32,000 nucleotides of DNA. Origin: an uncultured Chloroflexia bacterium (GTDB lineage Bacteria > Chloroflexota > Ktedonobacteria > Ktedonobacterales > JADMIN01). This document shows positions 1-9,280 of this stretch, in pieces. The notes under the pieces are model-generated. The model was not told the DNA's origin. It saw nothing but the letters and a program-made list of their open reading frames with translations, and made no database searches. The stretch is from contig CAVRAI010000015.1 of NCBI GenBank assembly GCA_963718915.1, forward strand, positions 270,001-302,000, read 5' to 3'. Within the stretch, counting starts at the first letter, position 1, and every line of letters starts with the position of its first letter. A program made the translations under genes and the position numbers.

Positions 1-1008
1 CTGGTTGTCGCGACATGGCTTCCCTGGGAGACGCTTCGTATCGTGTTTGGGCCGGAGGCGCAAATCACCGCCGACTCCTCGATCAGCGGCTTGGCCGGTT
101 TCCAAATGCTGCTCGGCCAATCCGGCCTTTCTTCGGCTCATCCTTCCGTGAGGTGGCTGGGGTTGCTCTGGATTTTCCTGCCACTTTTCGGTCTGCTCAT
201 CAGCCTGTTTCACCTGCGCATGCGACGAGGATCGCGAGCGCTGACCGCCCTCTACGGCGTCTGGCTCGTGCTCGCGACAGCAAGCGTGGCGCCCGTGGTG
301 TATGGGCTGCTGACCACCCTTGCGCCGCTCACATGTGTGCAGACATGTGGCCCCGTGCCGGTCACAAGCCGCCATCCAGAGCTGGGCATCTGGCTGGCAA
401 TTGGGGGACTTGCGCTCGGCTGGATTGCCCTTGCTGGGTTGCTGCTGGCGCGCCGTTCGCCTCTGGCGACTGTCCGCTCTGAGACGCCCGCGCGCTTCTC
501 ACGGCTTCACCTGCTGGGGGCGGGAGTCCTGATCGTTGGCGTGGCTATCTGGGCGCTGGGGTTATTTGCGATACCCTGGGCAACCTCCGGCTGCACCGGG
601 CTGCACCTTTCGTTGAATCACTTTGTGCGTGGCGCATGCAGCGGAGTCGATGGTTGGGATGCGTTTACCGCTGGAATCGGATCGAACACCTGGCTGGCCC
701 TGCTCTTCCTGGAGGTCGTGCCGGTTATGGGCCTGTATGTCGCCATTGATATCTGGCTGCCACGCCTGGCGCGCTCGACATGGGTGCTGGCGGCTAGCTG
801 GAGCCTGTTGCTTACCGTGCTCTTTATGTGCGGCGTGAATGGTGTCCAGTTTACCATCGCGCATCCACCGCGCTTCACCTATGAGATGCAGGGCGCATGG
901 GATCCCAGCTTCGGCGTCGCGGTCTGCGCGCTCGGCATCGTGATCTGCCTGGCCGGTGTTGCGCTGCTTGCCCGCGAAGAGATAGGTCGCGCCAGACAGG
1001 TCAGATGA
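1..1008 (+). CDS. Polytopic membrane protein of unknown function (5' end probably outside the window)
   Basis: This frame is open from base 1, with no stop before the GTG at 43. Translation shows about 8 hydrophobic helices (e.g. WLGLLWIFLPLFGLLISLF, LGIWLAIGGLALGWIALAGLLL, VLIVGVAIWALGLFAI). No family recognised. Confidence 0.5.
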   Translation: MVVATWLPWETLRIVFGPEAQITADSSISGLAGFQMLLGQSGLSSAHPSVRWLGLLWIFLPLFGLLISLFHLRMRRGSRALTALYGVWLVLATASVAPVVYGLLTTLAPLTCVQTCGPVPVTSRHPELGIWLAIGGLALGWIALAGLLLARRSPLATVRSETPARFSRLHLLGAGVLIVGVAIWALGLFAIPWATSGCTGLHLSLNHFVRGACSGVDGWDAFTAGIGSNTWLALLFLEVVPVMGLYVAIDIWLPRLARSTWVLAASWSLLLTVLFMCGVNGVQFTIAHPPRFTYEMQGAWDPSFGVAVCALGIVICLAGVALLAREEIGRARQVR

Positions 1009-1144
1009 TCCTGGCCATAGGCCGTTCAGCGCCCCTGAGACGCTGTGGTGAAAGCCAAAAGTTGCCAACATGCCCCTCGCCGCGATACACTGGCCGCACG
1101 CATCAGGTGATGCGCTTCACGGTGAGCGAGCGGGGAGTGATGCC

Positions 1145-1783
1145 ATGAGCAAACGCGACATTCTCATCGTTGGGCGGCTGTTCTTTGGCCTGCTGACGCT
1201 GGTGGCGATCATCGCCCAGTTTGCCATCCACCTTCAGCACGGCTTCGATGTAGGCAACTTTTTCGGCTACTTCACCAATCTCTCCAACATCTTCGCGTCG
1301 GTCGTCTTCATCATCGGCGCCGTCTACCTGATGCAAAATCGCGAGCCAACCGTGACCGAGGACCTTGTTCGCGGCGCCTCAGTCGTCGCGATGGCAATCG
1401 TCGGCATCGTCTTCAGCGTCTTGCTCAGGGACACCGATCTGGGCACGCTGGCGCCGTGGGTCAATACCGTCGTCCATTACATTATGCCCATCGTAGTCGT
1501 AGCCGACTGGCTCTATCAGCCACCGAAGACGAGACTGACCATGCGCCAGGCGCTCTACTGGCTCATCTATCCGCTGCTCTATCTGGTCTATACGCTCATT
1601 CGCGGCGCGATCACCGGCTTCTATCCTTACCCGTTCCTGAACCCTAACACAATCCCTGGCCATGCCACCGCGGGCAGCTACGGCGCTGTGGTGTTGTACT
1701 GCATTGCCATCTTCGTCGCGTTTCTGGTCGTCGGGGCGATTCTCGTCTGGTTGGGCAACAGGCTGAAGCGCAACGTCGCGTAG
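1145..1783 (+). CDS. Pr6Pr-family (FAR-17a/AIG1-like) six-helix membrane protein
   Basis: ATG at 1145 (MSKRDILIVGRLFFGLLTLVAIIAQF...). The motif FFGYFTNLSNIFASVVFIIGA and six hydrophobic segments are typical of the Pr6Pr family. The upstream 25 codons of the ORF look non-coding. Confidence 0.65.
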   Translation: MSKRDILIVGRLFFGLLTLVAIIAQFAIHLQHGFDVGNFFGYFTNLSNIFASVVFIIGAVYLMQNREPTVTEDLVRGASVVAMAIVGIVFSVLLRDTDLGTLAPWVNTVVHYIMPIVVVADWLYQPPKTRLTMRQALYWLIYPLLYLVYTLIRGAITGFYPYPFLNPNTIPGHATAGSYGAVVLYCIAIFVAFLVVGAILVWLGNRLKRNVA

Positions 1784-1786
1784 GGT

Positions 1787-2653
1787 TCAATTCTTCTTCG
1801 CCTTCGTAGAGTTGTTGTCGTTGCGTTCGGGGATGTGCGCCTCCTGCAACTCACGCAGCCGCTGCTTGCCCAGGTCGGCCAGCGTGCGTTCCCAGGCGCG
1901 TTCATATGGCTCCATCTGCTCGACGATGGTGCGCGCGACCACATAATCGCGATACCATTTCGTATCGGCTGGCACGATATACCACGGCGCCCAGGATGCG
2001 CCGCACCGCGCCAGCGCATCTTCATAGGCCGCCATGTAGTCGTCCCAGTGCTCGCGCTCCCGCCAGTCGTCCACGGTGAGTTTCCAGGCTTTGCTGGTAT
2101 CCGCCTCGCGCGCCAGGAGCCGCTGTTTCTGCTCATCCTTCGAGATATGCAGAAAGAACTTGAGCAGGATGACGCCGTTCTGCGCGAGCATCTGCTCAAA
2201 GTCGTTGATCGCGCCATACCGCTCCTTCCAGACGGGGCGTGGCACGAGCTTATGGACGCGCGCCACCAGCACGTCTTCATAGTGGGAGCGGTTGAAGATC
2301 GCCATCATCCCGCGCAGTGGTGTCCGCTGGTGGATGCGCCAGAGGAAGTCATGCGCCAGCTCCTCGGCGGTGGGAACCTTGAAGCTCCAGGCGTGGCAGC
2401 CAATTGGATTGATCGCGCTCATCACATGTTTGATGGCGCCATCTTTCCCGGCGGTGTCCGTCCCCTGCAAGACGATCAGCACACTGTTTGTCGCCGCGCC
2501 ATACAGCAACTCCTGCTGGCGCGCCATCCGCGCCTCCAGCGTCCTGACTTCCTCATCTATTGCGGCGCGGTCGAGATGAGGCGGCTTATTCGTTGGGTAA
2601 TCATTGAGCGAGATGGACTTTGGCTGCGAGTTGATGACGGCGGTTGCGGCCAT
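1787..2653 (-). CDS. ppk2: Polyphosphate kinase 2 family protein (polyphosphate:nucleotide phosphotransferase)
   Basis: 288-aa ORF with the PPK2 P-loop-like LIVLQGTDTAGKDG, plus FNRSHYEDVLVARVH and WYIVPADTKW. GAAAGG lies about 10 nt upstream of the ATG. Confidence 0.9.
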   Translation of the reverse strand: MAATAVINSQPKSISLNDYPTNKPPHLDRAAIDEEVRTLEARMARQQELLYGAATNSVLIVLQGTDTAGKDGAIKHVMSAINPIGCHAWSFKVPTAEELAHDFLWRIHQRTPLRGMMAIFNRSHYEDVLVARVHKLVPRPVWKERYGAINDFEQMLAQNGVILLKFFLHISKDEQKQRLLAREADTSKAWKLTVDDWREREHWDDYMAAYEDALARCGASWAPWYIVPADTKWYRDYVVARTIVEQMEPYERAWERTLADLGKQRLRELQEAHIPERNDNNSTKAKKN

Positions 2654-2711
2654 GGATAGCTGCCTTTCTGAGGCGAAAAGCGCTCGGTGAATATGTCGTG
2701 GAAGCGCCAGC

Positions 2712-4001
2712 TTATTCGTTGACGGCGGCTGGCGCCTGATTGCGCCGACGACTGGCGAAGGGCAGCAGCGCCCGGCGGAGCCACCGAGGCACCTGGTTCA
2801 AGAGCATGATGTCCTCGGCATCCAGTGGCCGGATGATACGCAGGCAGATGAGCAGGATGACCGTGAAGATGACCAGATTGATCGTGAGGAGCAGCCCTTG
2901 CTGGATGATCGGCTGTGCAATGGTGGGAATCCAGTCCATCGCCGCCATCAGTGACGCAACGAACGCTATCGGCTGGAAGAATATGGTCACGGCTACTGGT
3001 ATCGCGAGGGCCAGCAGCAACCTGGCGATGAACCCTACTGGATAGGGGCGGCGCACCCAGAAGCGCGCCAGCGCCAGCAGGAAAATCTGGGCGACGAGTC
3101 GGCCAATGCCCACCGCCAGCAGCGCGCCCAGCGCAGCGAACTGGGGCACGAGCCAGATGCCCGCCAACGCCAGGATTCCCAGCGTTGCCCAGCGCGAGAC
3201 CACCACCCATTGCTGGCGTCCGAGGACATAGAGCGCCCATTCATGGGTCGCGCCACCAAGGAGCTGGGTGAGGCCATTGAGGAAGAGGAAGACTGCCAGC
3301 AGCGGGCCTGCCTGCTCGTAATTGGTTCCGAACAGGATCCGCATGATCGACGAAGCGTGCGGGATGCAGAAGGCGATCAGTGGCACCGCCAGCAAGACCT
3401 GCAACTTGCTCACCGTGCGCCAACTGATGGCAAGGGGGCTTAGTCCGCCTTCGTACGACACCGACATCGACGCCATGCTGATGCCGCCGAGTCCATCCGT
3501 GAAGAAACGCGCACCCGCGTCGCCCATCTGATAGGTGCTCTTGAAGTAGAGCAGCTCAGTTGGCGCGACCGCCGACAGCTGGCCAATAGCCACCGGCTGC
3601 ACCAGCGACGAGTTGGGCAGGTCTGCCAGCCATGCGGCAATCCCCAGCCTGAGCGTGGGCCTGAGCATGCGGTGGCCCTTCGAGTTTGGCTTTGCCCGGA
3701 GCACATGCCGGATGGTGAAGGCGAAGAACACAGCGGTAATCGCCGCCGGGAGCGCCTGCGCCGCGATCGCGCCATCCACCCCCTGATCGAGGGGATGGAC
3801 GAAGACATACGCCAGCGCCAGCAGAAGCAACTGGCCGAGGCTCCCAATGATGAAGACGATCCGCGTATAGACCAGCGCAATCAGCAGGTTACTCAGCAGC
3901 GTCGAGATGCCGATGCAGAGAACGTAGGCGGCAATGACGATGCGGTGATCGAGGATCGTATGCACGCGTAGCTGTGGACGAATGCGTTGCCCTGGGCCCA
4001 T
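2712..4001 (-). CDS. MOP-superfamily (Wzx/MurJ-like) polysaccharide-biosynthesis flippase, C-terminal approx. 10-11 TM portion
   Basis: 429-aa ORF, almost entirely hydrophobic helices. The C-terminal half resembles the Polysacc_synt_C region of oligosaccharide flippases. Its frame is closed upstream at 4065. The missing N-terminal helices lie in the overlapping ORF 3889..4452, in another frame. Confidence 0.75.
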   Translation of the reverse strand: MGPGQRIRPQLRVHTILDHRIVIAAYVLCIGISTLLSNLLIALVYTRIVFIIGSLGQLLLLALAYVFVHPLDQGVDGAIAAQALPAAITAVFFAFTIRHVLRAKPNSKGHRMLRPTLRLGIAAWLADLPNSSLVQPVAIGQLSAVAPTELLYFKSTYQMGDAGARFFTDGLGGISMASMSVSYEGGLSPLAISWRTVSKLQVLLAVPLIAFCIPHASSIMRILFGTNYEQAGPLLAVFLFLNGLTQLLGGATHEWALYVLGRQQWVVVSRWATLGILALAGIWLVPQFAALGALLAVGIGRLVAQIFLLALARFWVRRPYPVGFIARLLLALAIPVAVTIFFQPIAFVASLMAAMDWIPTIAQPIIQQGLLLTINLVIFTVILLICLRIIRPLDAEDIMLLNQVPRWLRRALLPFASRRRNQAPAAVNE

Positions 4002-4452
4002 CCCGCGCCTTCGACTGACTGTGACTGAGCGCGGGCAATCCCCAGATGATGGCGGCTCCGACGATCAGGCCGAGCGCGAGCCGGATGGCGGCGAGGCGGT
4101 TTGCCAGCGAGAGCGCCAGCGCTGGCCCGCCCTCCGCCAGAGCGCGCGGGAGAAAGACGGTTCCGGCGCTGGCGAGGCCCAGTGAGGCGATGTAATAGCC
4201 GAGATTGGCGATGGTCGAGACGAGATCGAAGGTATTGGTTTCGGTCTTTGTCAGCGAGCGGCGGATAACAACCTCGAAGATGAGCAGTGAAAGAAACAGC
4301 CAGATGGCGCCCGCCTGGTTCCACACATAGCCCACCGGGGTTCGGCGGATAAGTTCCTCGCCCGTCTCAGAGAAGGAGGGAGGCGATTCCTCCGTAGCGG
4401 ATGCCCCGTGACTCTGCTCTGGCGCATCGAATTCCTGCTCGCGATCTGGCAT
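3889..4452 (-). CDS. N-terminal fragment of the same MOP flippase (soluble N-terminus plus first about 3 TM helices), out of frame with 2712..4001
   Basis: ATG at 4452 is preceded by GGAGGA. The sequence WNQAGAIWLFLSLLIFEVVIRRSL..FDLVSTIANLGYYIASLGLASAGTVFLPRALAEGG matches the TM1-TM2 pattern of Wzx/PST proteins. The tail after about 4010 is Arg/His-rich junk, consistent with running out of frame. Confidence 0.5.
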   Translation of the reverse strand: MPDREQEFDAPEQSHGASATEESPPSFSETGEELIRRTPVGYVWNQAGAIWLFLSLLIFEVVIRRSLTKTETNTFDLVSTIANLGYYIASLGLASAGTVFLPRALAEGGPALALSLANRLAAIRLALGLIVGAAIIWGLPALSHSQSKARDGPRATHSSTATRAYDPRSPHRHCRLRSLHRHLDAAE

Positions 4453-4495
4453 CCGCACGATCCTCCGCCTCACTGCGTGACGATTCTCCCCTCCA

Positions 4496-4524
4496 CTTGT
4501 AGCCTGTATGGCTGAAGATGTCAA
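4496..4524 (-). promoter_or_regulatory. Candidate sigma70-type promoter for the flippase gene (TTGACA-17-TACAAG)
   Basis: On the minus strand, TTGACA (4524..4519), a 17-nt spacer, then TACAAG (4501..4496). It lies about 45 nt upstream of the ATG at 4452. Confidence 0.4.
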
Positions 4525-4877
4525 CCGAAAGACTTGAGGTATAGCGGAATTAGGTACGTTTTCGTATCGTCGCGTGAAGTTTATGCCTATTGCAACGATG
4601 ATGCGCCAGCGCACAGAATGATGGCGCGTCTCCCGCCCATCATCGGGCGAACGGGAGACCGTCACGTAAGTTCAGGCTAACTATCAGCCCAGACCCTTGC
4701 GGAAGCCTTCGCGCCAGGGCGCGTAACCGGGTGTCGAGCCGAGCTCGCGTCTGGCTTTGGCGTTCGACATGCTGCGAATCAGTGTCATCATCGAGGACGC
4801 CAACGTCACCCACGATCAGGCGGCCCAGCCAGACGCTCACTGGCGGAGTAGGCTACTCCCACCCACATGGGGCCGCG

Positions 4878-5531
4878 CTATACGTCGGTGGAGGGCAGCT
4901 TGTAGACCTGGGTGCGCGCGCGTGTGAAATCGTGGGTGGTGACGAGCGCGGCGATGGCGTCGGCGATCTTCTCCCCACCGCGAGCGGATGGCTCGATGGG
5001 GTTGGCGTAGTCGGCGGCTTCCGTGCAGATGAGGCGTAGCTCGAGAACCGGGAGGCCGCGTTCGGTGGCGCAGCGGATGATCGTGTCGTCCCAGGAGGTG
5101 ACACCAAAGGTGGCGATGCGCTGGTAGGTGGGATCGGGAAAGTTGCCGTTATAAATTGTGCAGACGGCGGTCGGCAGCTTGCGCGCAAGGACGGTGGCAA
5201 GCATGCTCCGGTAGGTCGGCTCGAACTGATCCTGGATTGCTGCGAGACGGGTGAGCGCCTCGGCGACGGAGCTGGCGGGGCTGGTGAGCATGTCGAGGTG
5301 GCCCAGCGCGTCGTTGCCGCCCACGCTGATGACGAGATGGGTGGCGTCCGTGGGCAGATGCGCAAGCTGGCGGACGATATCGGTGGTGACGTTGCCATCT
5401 ACCGCGAGAAGCGTGGTCTCCCAGTCGGCGGGCAGGCGCGCGCGAAGCTGGCGGATGACGTCGGGCTCGCCAGGCTGGACGTAGGACTGGTTGTCGAAGA
5501 TTGAGTCGCCGAACAGGACAACATGTGGCAT
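4878..5531 (-). CDS. SGNH/GDSL-family hydrolase
   Basis: ATG at 5531 with AAGGAG upstream. The N-terminus MPHVVLFGDSIFDN carries the GDS block I, followed by VISVGGNDAL (block II/III). The longer ORF to 5783 has no coding character. Confidence 0.85.
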   Translation of the reverse strand: MPHVVLFGDSIFDNQSYVQPGEPDVIRQLRARLPADWETTLLAVDGNVTTDIVRQLAHLPTDATHLVISVGGNDALGHLDMLTSPASSVAEALTRLAAIQDQFEPTYRSMLATVLARKLPTAVCTIYNGNFPDPTYQRIATFGVTSWDDTIIRCATERGLPVLELRLICTEAADYANPIEPSARGGEKIADAIAALVTTHDFTRARTQVYKLPSTDV

Positions 5532-5967
5532 GGTGGGTGTACTCCTTACCAGGCGCGAGTTGCGGATGCGCCAGCGCTTCACAACACGACGAACGCCAGG
5601 GATAGTGTAGCACATCGGTCGCCTGCCAGCGCCCGCGTTACAGGTTCGGTGGAGGCATCGCTGGACGCGAACCTGTGACAGCGCTGAGATAGGCGTGTGG
5701 TATCTGTGGTATGTTTCAAGGTGGTTTCGGGCCAATCCCCAACCAACGGCCATCCTCGTAGCGCTCGCCTGTGTTCGTGTCACTGTAGCCCATCCGTAGT
5801 CTATTTTCGGAGCGCTTCCTTCAGGCGACGCCCGCCCGCGCGACTACTCCACGCTGAGCAGGCGATACCTCCATTCACTATGTCGAGCCAAGTATCGCTC
5901 ACGACACAGCGGCGCTCGATGGCGCATGTATGTCGTAGCGAATCCCCTTCCCCCAGGAGGTGATGGT

Positions 5968-6963
5968 ATGCCCTTGGATCAAAAGACAGCGCTGTCGCTC
6001 TATCGTCAGATGCTGACGATCCGCGCCTTCGAAGAGACAATGGTACAGATTTATATGGAGGGCAAGACGCCTGTCTTCGATATTGGCTCCGGCCCCGTCC
6101 CCGGCGAGATGCACCTTGCCGCTGGTCAGGAACCCGTCGCCGTCGGTGTCTGCGCGCATCTGCGCCCAACGGACACCGTAACTGGCCCGCACCGCGCCCA
6201 CCACTTCGCCATCGCGAAAGGCGTGGATCTCAAGAAGATGTCCGCTGAGATATTCGGCAAGGAGACCGGGCTTGGCAAGGGCAAGGGCGGCCATATGCAC
6301 CTCTTTGACCCGGACGTGAAGTTCAGTTGCTCCGGGATCATCGCGGCGGGCATGCCATCCGCCGTGGGCGCCGCGCTCGCCGCCAAGATGCGCCATCGTG
6401 ACGACGTGGCCGTGGCTTTCTTCGGCGAGGGAGCCGCCAATCAGGGCGCGTTCCATGAGTCGCTGAACCTGGCCGCACTCTGGAAGCTGCCCGTCGTCTT
6501 CGTCTGCGAGGACAACAGTTACGCCATCTCGGTTCCCAAAGCCGCCGCCACCGCCATCCCTTCCAATGCGGATCGCGCGCAGTCTTACGGCATCCCTGGC
6601 GTTGCCATCCACGAGAACGATGTGGCCGCCATCTATGAGGTCGCCGAGGAGGCGGTTGCGCGCGCGCGACGCGGGGAAGGCCCAACGCTGCTGGAGATAC
6701 ACACCGACCGCTATCTGGGGCATTTCCAGGGTGATCCCGAAGCCTACCGCGATCCGGAGGAGGTGACGCGCCTCAAAGCGAATGATCCCATCAACCGGAT
6801 GCGCGGTCAACTCATGGCGCAGGGCTGGCTGACCGTAGAGCAGGACGCCGAGGAGCGCAAAGTCGCCCAGGCCACCGTGGATGAGGCCATCGCGTTCGCC
6901 CGCCAGAGTCCCTATCCCGCGCCGGAAGAGGCGCTCGAAGATGTCTTCGTTACCGTCGGCTGA
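5968..6963 (+). CDS. TPP-dependent 2-oxoacid (acetoin/pyruvate) dehydrogenase E1 component, alpha subunit
   Basis: AGGAGG lies 7 nt upstream of the ATG at 5968. Contains FFGEGAANQGAFHESLNLAALWKLPVVFVCEDNSYAIS, the TPP-binding motif of E1 alpha. Confidence 0.9.
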   Translation: MPLDQKTALSLYRQMLTIRAFEETMVQIYMEGKTPVFDIGSGPVPGEMHLAAGQEPVAVGVCAHLRPTDTVTGPHRAHHFAIAKGVDLKKMSAEIFGKETGLGKGKGGHMHLFDPDVKFSCSGIIAAGMPSAVGAALAAKMRHRDDVAVAFFGEGAANQGAFHESLNLAALWKLPVVFVCEDNSYAISVPKAAATAIPSNADRAQSYGIPGVAIHENDVAAIYEVAEEAVARARRGEGPTLLEIHTDRYLGHFQGDPEAYRDPEEVTRLKANDPINRMRGQLMAQGWLTVEQDAEERKVAQATVDEAIAFARQSPYPAPEEALEDVFVTVG

Positions 6964-6999
6964 CCCTGGCCAGCGCGACTCAGAGAGTGAGAGCAAACA

Positions 7000-8022
7000 A
7001 TGGCAGCACCAGCTTCCGCGCGCCAGATAACCACCGCTCGCGCGATTTCCGAGGCCATCGCCACCGAGATGAAGCGCGATCCGAACGTGTTCATCATGGG
7101 CGAAGATATCGGCGCGTATGGCGGCATCTTCGGCGCGACGCAAGACCTGCTCAAAGAGTTCGGCCCCGAGCGCGTGCGCGATACGCCCATCTCTGAAACC
7201 GCCTTCATTGGCGCGGCGATTGGCGCGGCAGCCGAGGGCATGCGGCCCATCGTCGAACTGATGTTTGTTGACTTCTTCGGCGTCTGCATGGATCAGATTT
7301 ACAACCATCTGGCCAAGAACACCTACATGTCTGGCGGCCATGTGCGCCTGCCCGTCACGCTGATTACCGCGTATGGCGCTGGCTACGACGATGCCGCCCA
7401 GCACTCGCAGAGCCTCTACAGCATCTTCGCGCATGTGCCGGGATTGAAGGTGGTGGTTCCGTCCACGCCCTATGACGCGAAGGGCCTGATGATCCAGGCG
7501 ATTCGCGACGACAACCCCGTCGTCTTCTTCATGCACAAAGGGATTATGGGGCTGGGCTGGATGACCATGCTCGAAGCGTCCGCCGGGCCAGTGCCTGAAG
7601 AGGCGTACACTATCCCATTCGGGGTCGCCGATATCAAACGCGCGGGCACGGACGTCACGATTGTGACGGTGGGCATGATGGTCCATCGCTCGCTGGCGGC
7701 GGCGAAGATGCTCGCCGACGAGGGCATCTCTGCCGAGGTGGTGGACCTGCGCACGCTGACGCCGCTGGATCGCGAGGCCATCGTCAACTCCGTCAGGAAG
7801 ACCCACCGCCTGCTTGTCGTGGACGAGGATTATCGCAGCTATGGCATGACTGGCGAGGTGATCGCGACCGTGGCCGAGTCCGCGCTCGATTACCTTGACG
7901 CGCCAGCCCGACGCATCGCTGAGCCTGATGTGCCCATCCCTTATAGCCGACCCATGGAGCAGTTTGTGCTGCCAAACGCCGAGAAGATTGCGGCGGCTGC
8001 GCGCGAGCTGGTCAGAGGCTAG
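7000..8022 (+). CDS. 2-oxoacid dehydrogenase E1 component, beta subunit
   Basis: Contains VFIMGEDIGAYGGIFGAT..RVRDTPISETAFIGAAIGAA and a transketolase-C-like C-terminal half. It directly follows E1 alpha. Confidence 0.9.
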   Translation: MAAPASARQITTARAISEAIATEMKRDPNVFIMGEDIGAYGGIFGATQDLLKEFGPERVRDTPISETAFIGAAIGAAAEGMRPIVELMFVDFFGVCMDQIYNHLAKNTYMSGGHVRLPVTLITAYGAGYDDAAQHSQSLYSIFAHVPGLKVVVPSTPYDAKGLMIQAIRDDNPVVFFMHKGIMGLGWMTMLEASAGPVPEEAYTIPFGVADIKRAGTDVTIVTVGMMVHRSLAAAKMLADEGISAEVVDLRTLTPLDREAIVNSVRKTHRLLVVDEDYRSYGMTGEVIATVAESALDYLDAPARRIAEPDVPIPYSRPMEQFVLPNAEKIAAAARELVRG

Positions 8023-8158
8023 CCACATCGCGGGAGCGCGGGAGCGCCGTCATAGTGAATCGTCTGGCTCCAACCGGCGTCGATGCCGCCACATGGGGTT
8101 GGGCGCTTCATGGGCGGCGCCCTGGCTGCGCGCCTCACGGGGGAAGGATGGGTAGACG

Positions 8159-9280
8159 ATGACTATCGAAATCACCATTCCTGAGTGGACTGAAAGCGAG
8201 GCGGAGGAAGGCTTCATCGCCAACTGGTTTGTGAGCGAAGGGGCGGCTGTGCGCGCGGGCGATGTGCTGGGCGAGTTGATGGTCGAGAAGTCCACCATCG
8301 AGATTAGCGCGCCACAGGATGGCGTCCTGCGGAACCTGCACGTCCATCGTGGGGATGTCGTCAGGCCGGGCATGGTGATTGTCGAGCTTGCGACGGGCGG
8401 CGCCTCCGCCTCCGCGACGACAGATGCCGCTGCCGCCACAGCCACGTCGCCCGCTGAGGCTGGTTTCGTGCCCGCCTCTCCAGTTGCCCGCCGGATCGCG
8501 CGCGAACTCGGCGTTGACCTCACGCGCGTCACCCCGGCGCATGGACAGCGCATTACGGAGGACGATGTGCGCCGCGCAGCGACATCCACAGGCGCGCCCG
8601 CCGCTGGGACTGGCGAGACGCTCACCGGGCGGCGCAAAGTGATTGCCGAGCGCATGCTCAGGAGCATTCAGTTGTCCGCGCAACTGACCCTGACCACAGA
8701 GACGCGCGCCGATGCGCTCGTCGCCGCCCGCGACCGCGCGCAGGCGAGTCTGGGTCTCACCTATACCGATTTGCTGGCCTGGATCGCGATTCGCGCGCTC
8801 AAGCAGCATCCAGCCATGAACGTGACACTTGAGGGTGATCGTCTGCGCGTGCATGACGCTATTCACCTGGGGGTGGCCGTCGCCGTTCCCGATGGTCTGC
8901 TGGTTCCCGTCATTCGCGATGCAGGCGGCTTCACACTGGAGCAGCTTGCCGTCAGGAGCCGGGAGTTGACCGAACGCGCGCGCTCCAATACCAGCGCTCC
9001 ATCGGAGTTGAGCGGAAGCACCTTTTCGCTGACGACGCTTGGATTCTACGAGATCGATGCGTTCACGCCGATTCTCAATCCCCCCGAAGTGGGCATTCTT
9101 GGTATCGGACGGATCCATGAGGCCGTTGTGCCGCATGAGGGGCAGATCGTGATTGGTCAGGTGATGGTGTTGAGCTTGACATTTGACCATCGCGCGATTG
9201 ACGGCGCTCCGGCGGCGGCTTTCCTGCAAACCGTGAAGCATCTCGTCGAATCGCCAGAGACCTACACTGAGGTTCGCTGA
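8159..9280 (+). CDS. Dihydrolipoamide acyltransferase (E2) component
   Basis: N-terminal lipoyl domain (GELMVEKSTIEISAP), an Ala/Pro-rich linker, the E1/E3-binding motif PVARRIARELGVDL, and the catalytic motif LTFDHRAIDGAPAAAFL. Confidence 0.9.
   Translation: MTIEITIPEWTESEAEEGFIANWFVSEGAAVRAGDVLGELMVEKSTIEISAPQDGVLRNLHVHRGDVVRPGMVIVELATGGASASATTDAAAATATSPAEAGFVPASPVARRIARELGVDLTRVTPAHGQRITEDDVRRAATSTGAPAAGTGETLTGRRKVIAERMLRSIQLSAQLTLTTETRADALVAARDRAQASLGLTYTDLLAWIAIRALKQHPAMNVTLEGDRLRVHDAIHLGVAVAVPDGLLVPVIRDAGGFTLEQLAVRSRELTERARSNTSAPSELSGSTFSLTTLGFYEIDAFTPILNPPEVGILGIGRIHEAVVPHEGQIVIGQVMVLSLTFDHRAIDGAPAAAFLQTVKHLVESPETYTEVR

Noticed and set aside
4631-4662. Hairpin GTCTCCCG-CCCATCATCGGGCGAA-CGGGAGAC between the SGNH hydrolase 3' end and the flippase promoter.
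   Set aside because: It could be the hydrolase terminator, but it has no U-tract and only a 7-8-bp outer stem. That is not distinguishable from chance in this GC background.
5532-5967. A sigma-54 (-24 TGGCAC / -12 TTGC) promoter or AcoR-type enhancer upstream of the dehydrogenase operon, and a 12-bp imperfect inverted repeat GTTACAGGTTCG..CGAACCTGTGAC (5637..5679).
   Set aside because: No TGGCAC-N5-TTGC element was found; the nearest candidate, TGGCGC-N5-TGTC, is poor. The inverted repeat has a 19-nt loop and no obvious relation to either flanking gene. It is recorded but not called.
5899-8028. A 709-aa ORF on the minus strand. Similar long antisense ORFs occur at 8135..9241, 11880..13376, 22122..23171 and 28933..29733.
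   Set aside because: Each lies antisense to a confidently identified gene (E1alpha/beta, E2, aroC/Rrf2, hydrolase, typA). Each has the Arg/Ala/Gly/His-rich composition typical of stop-poor off-frames in high-GC DNA. No recognisable motifs.
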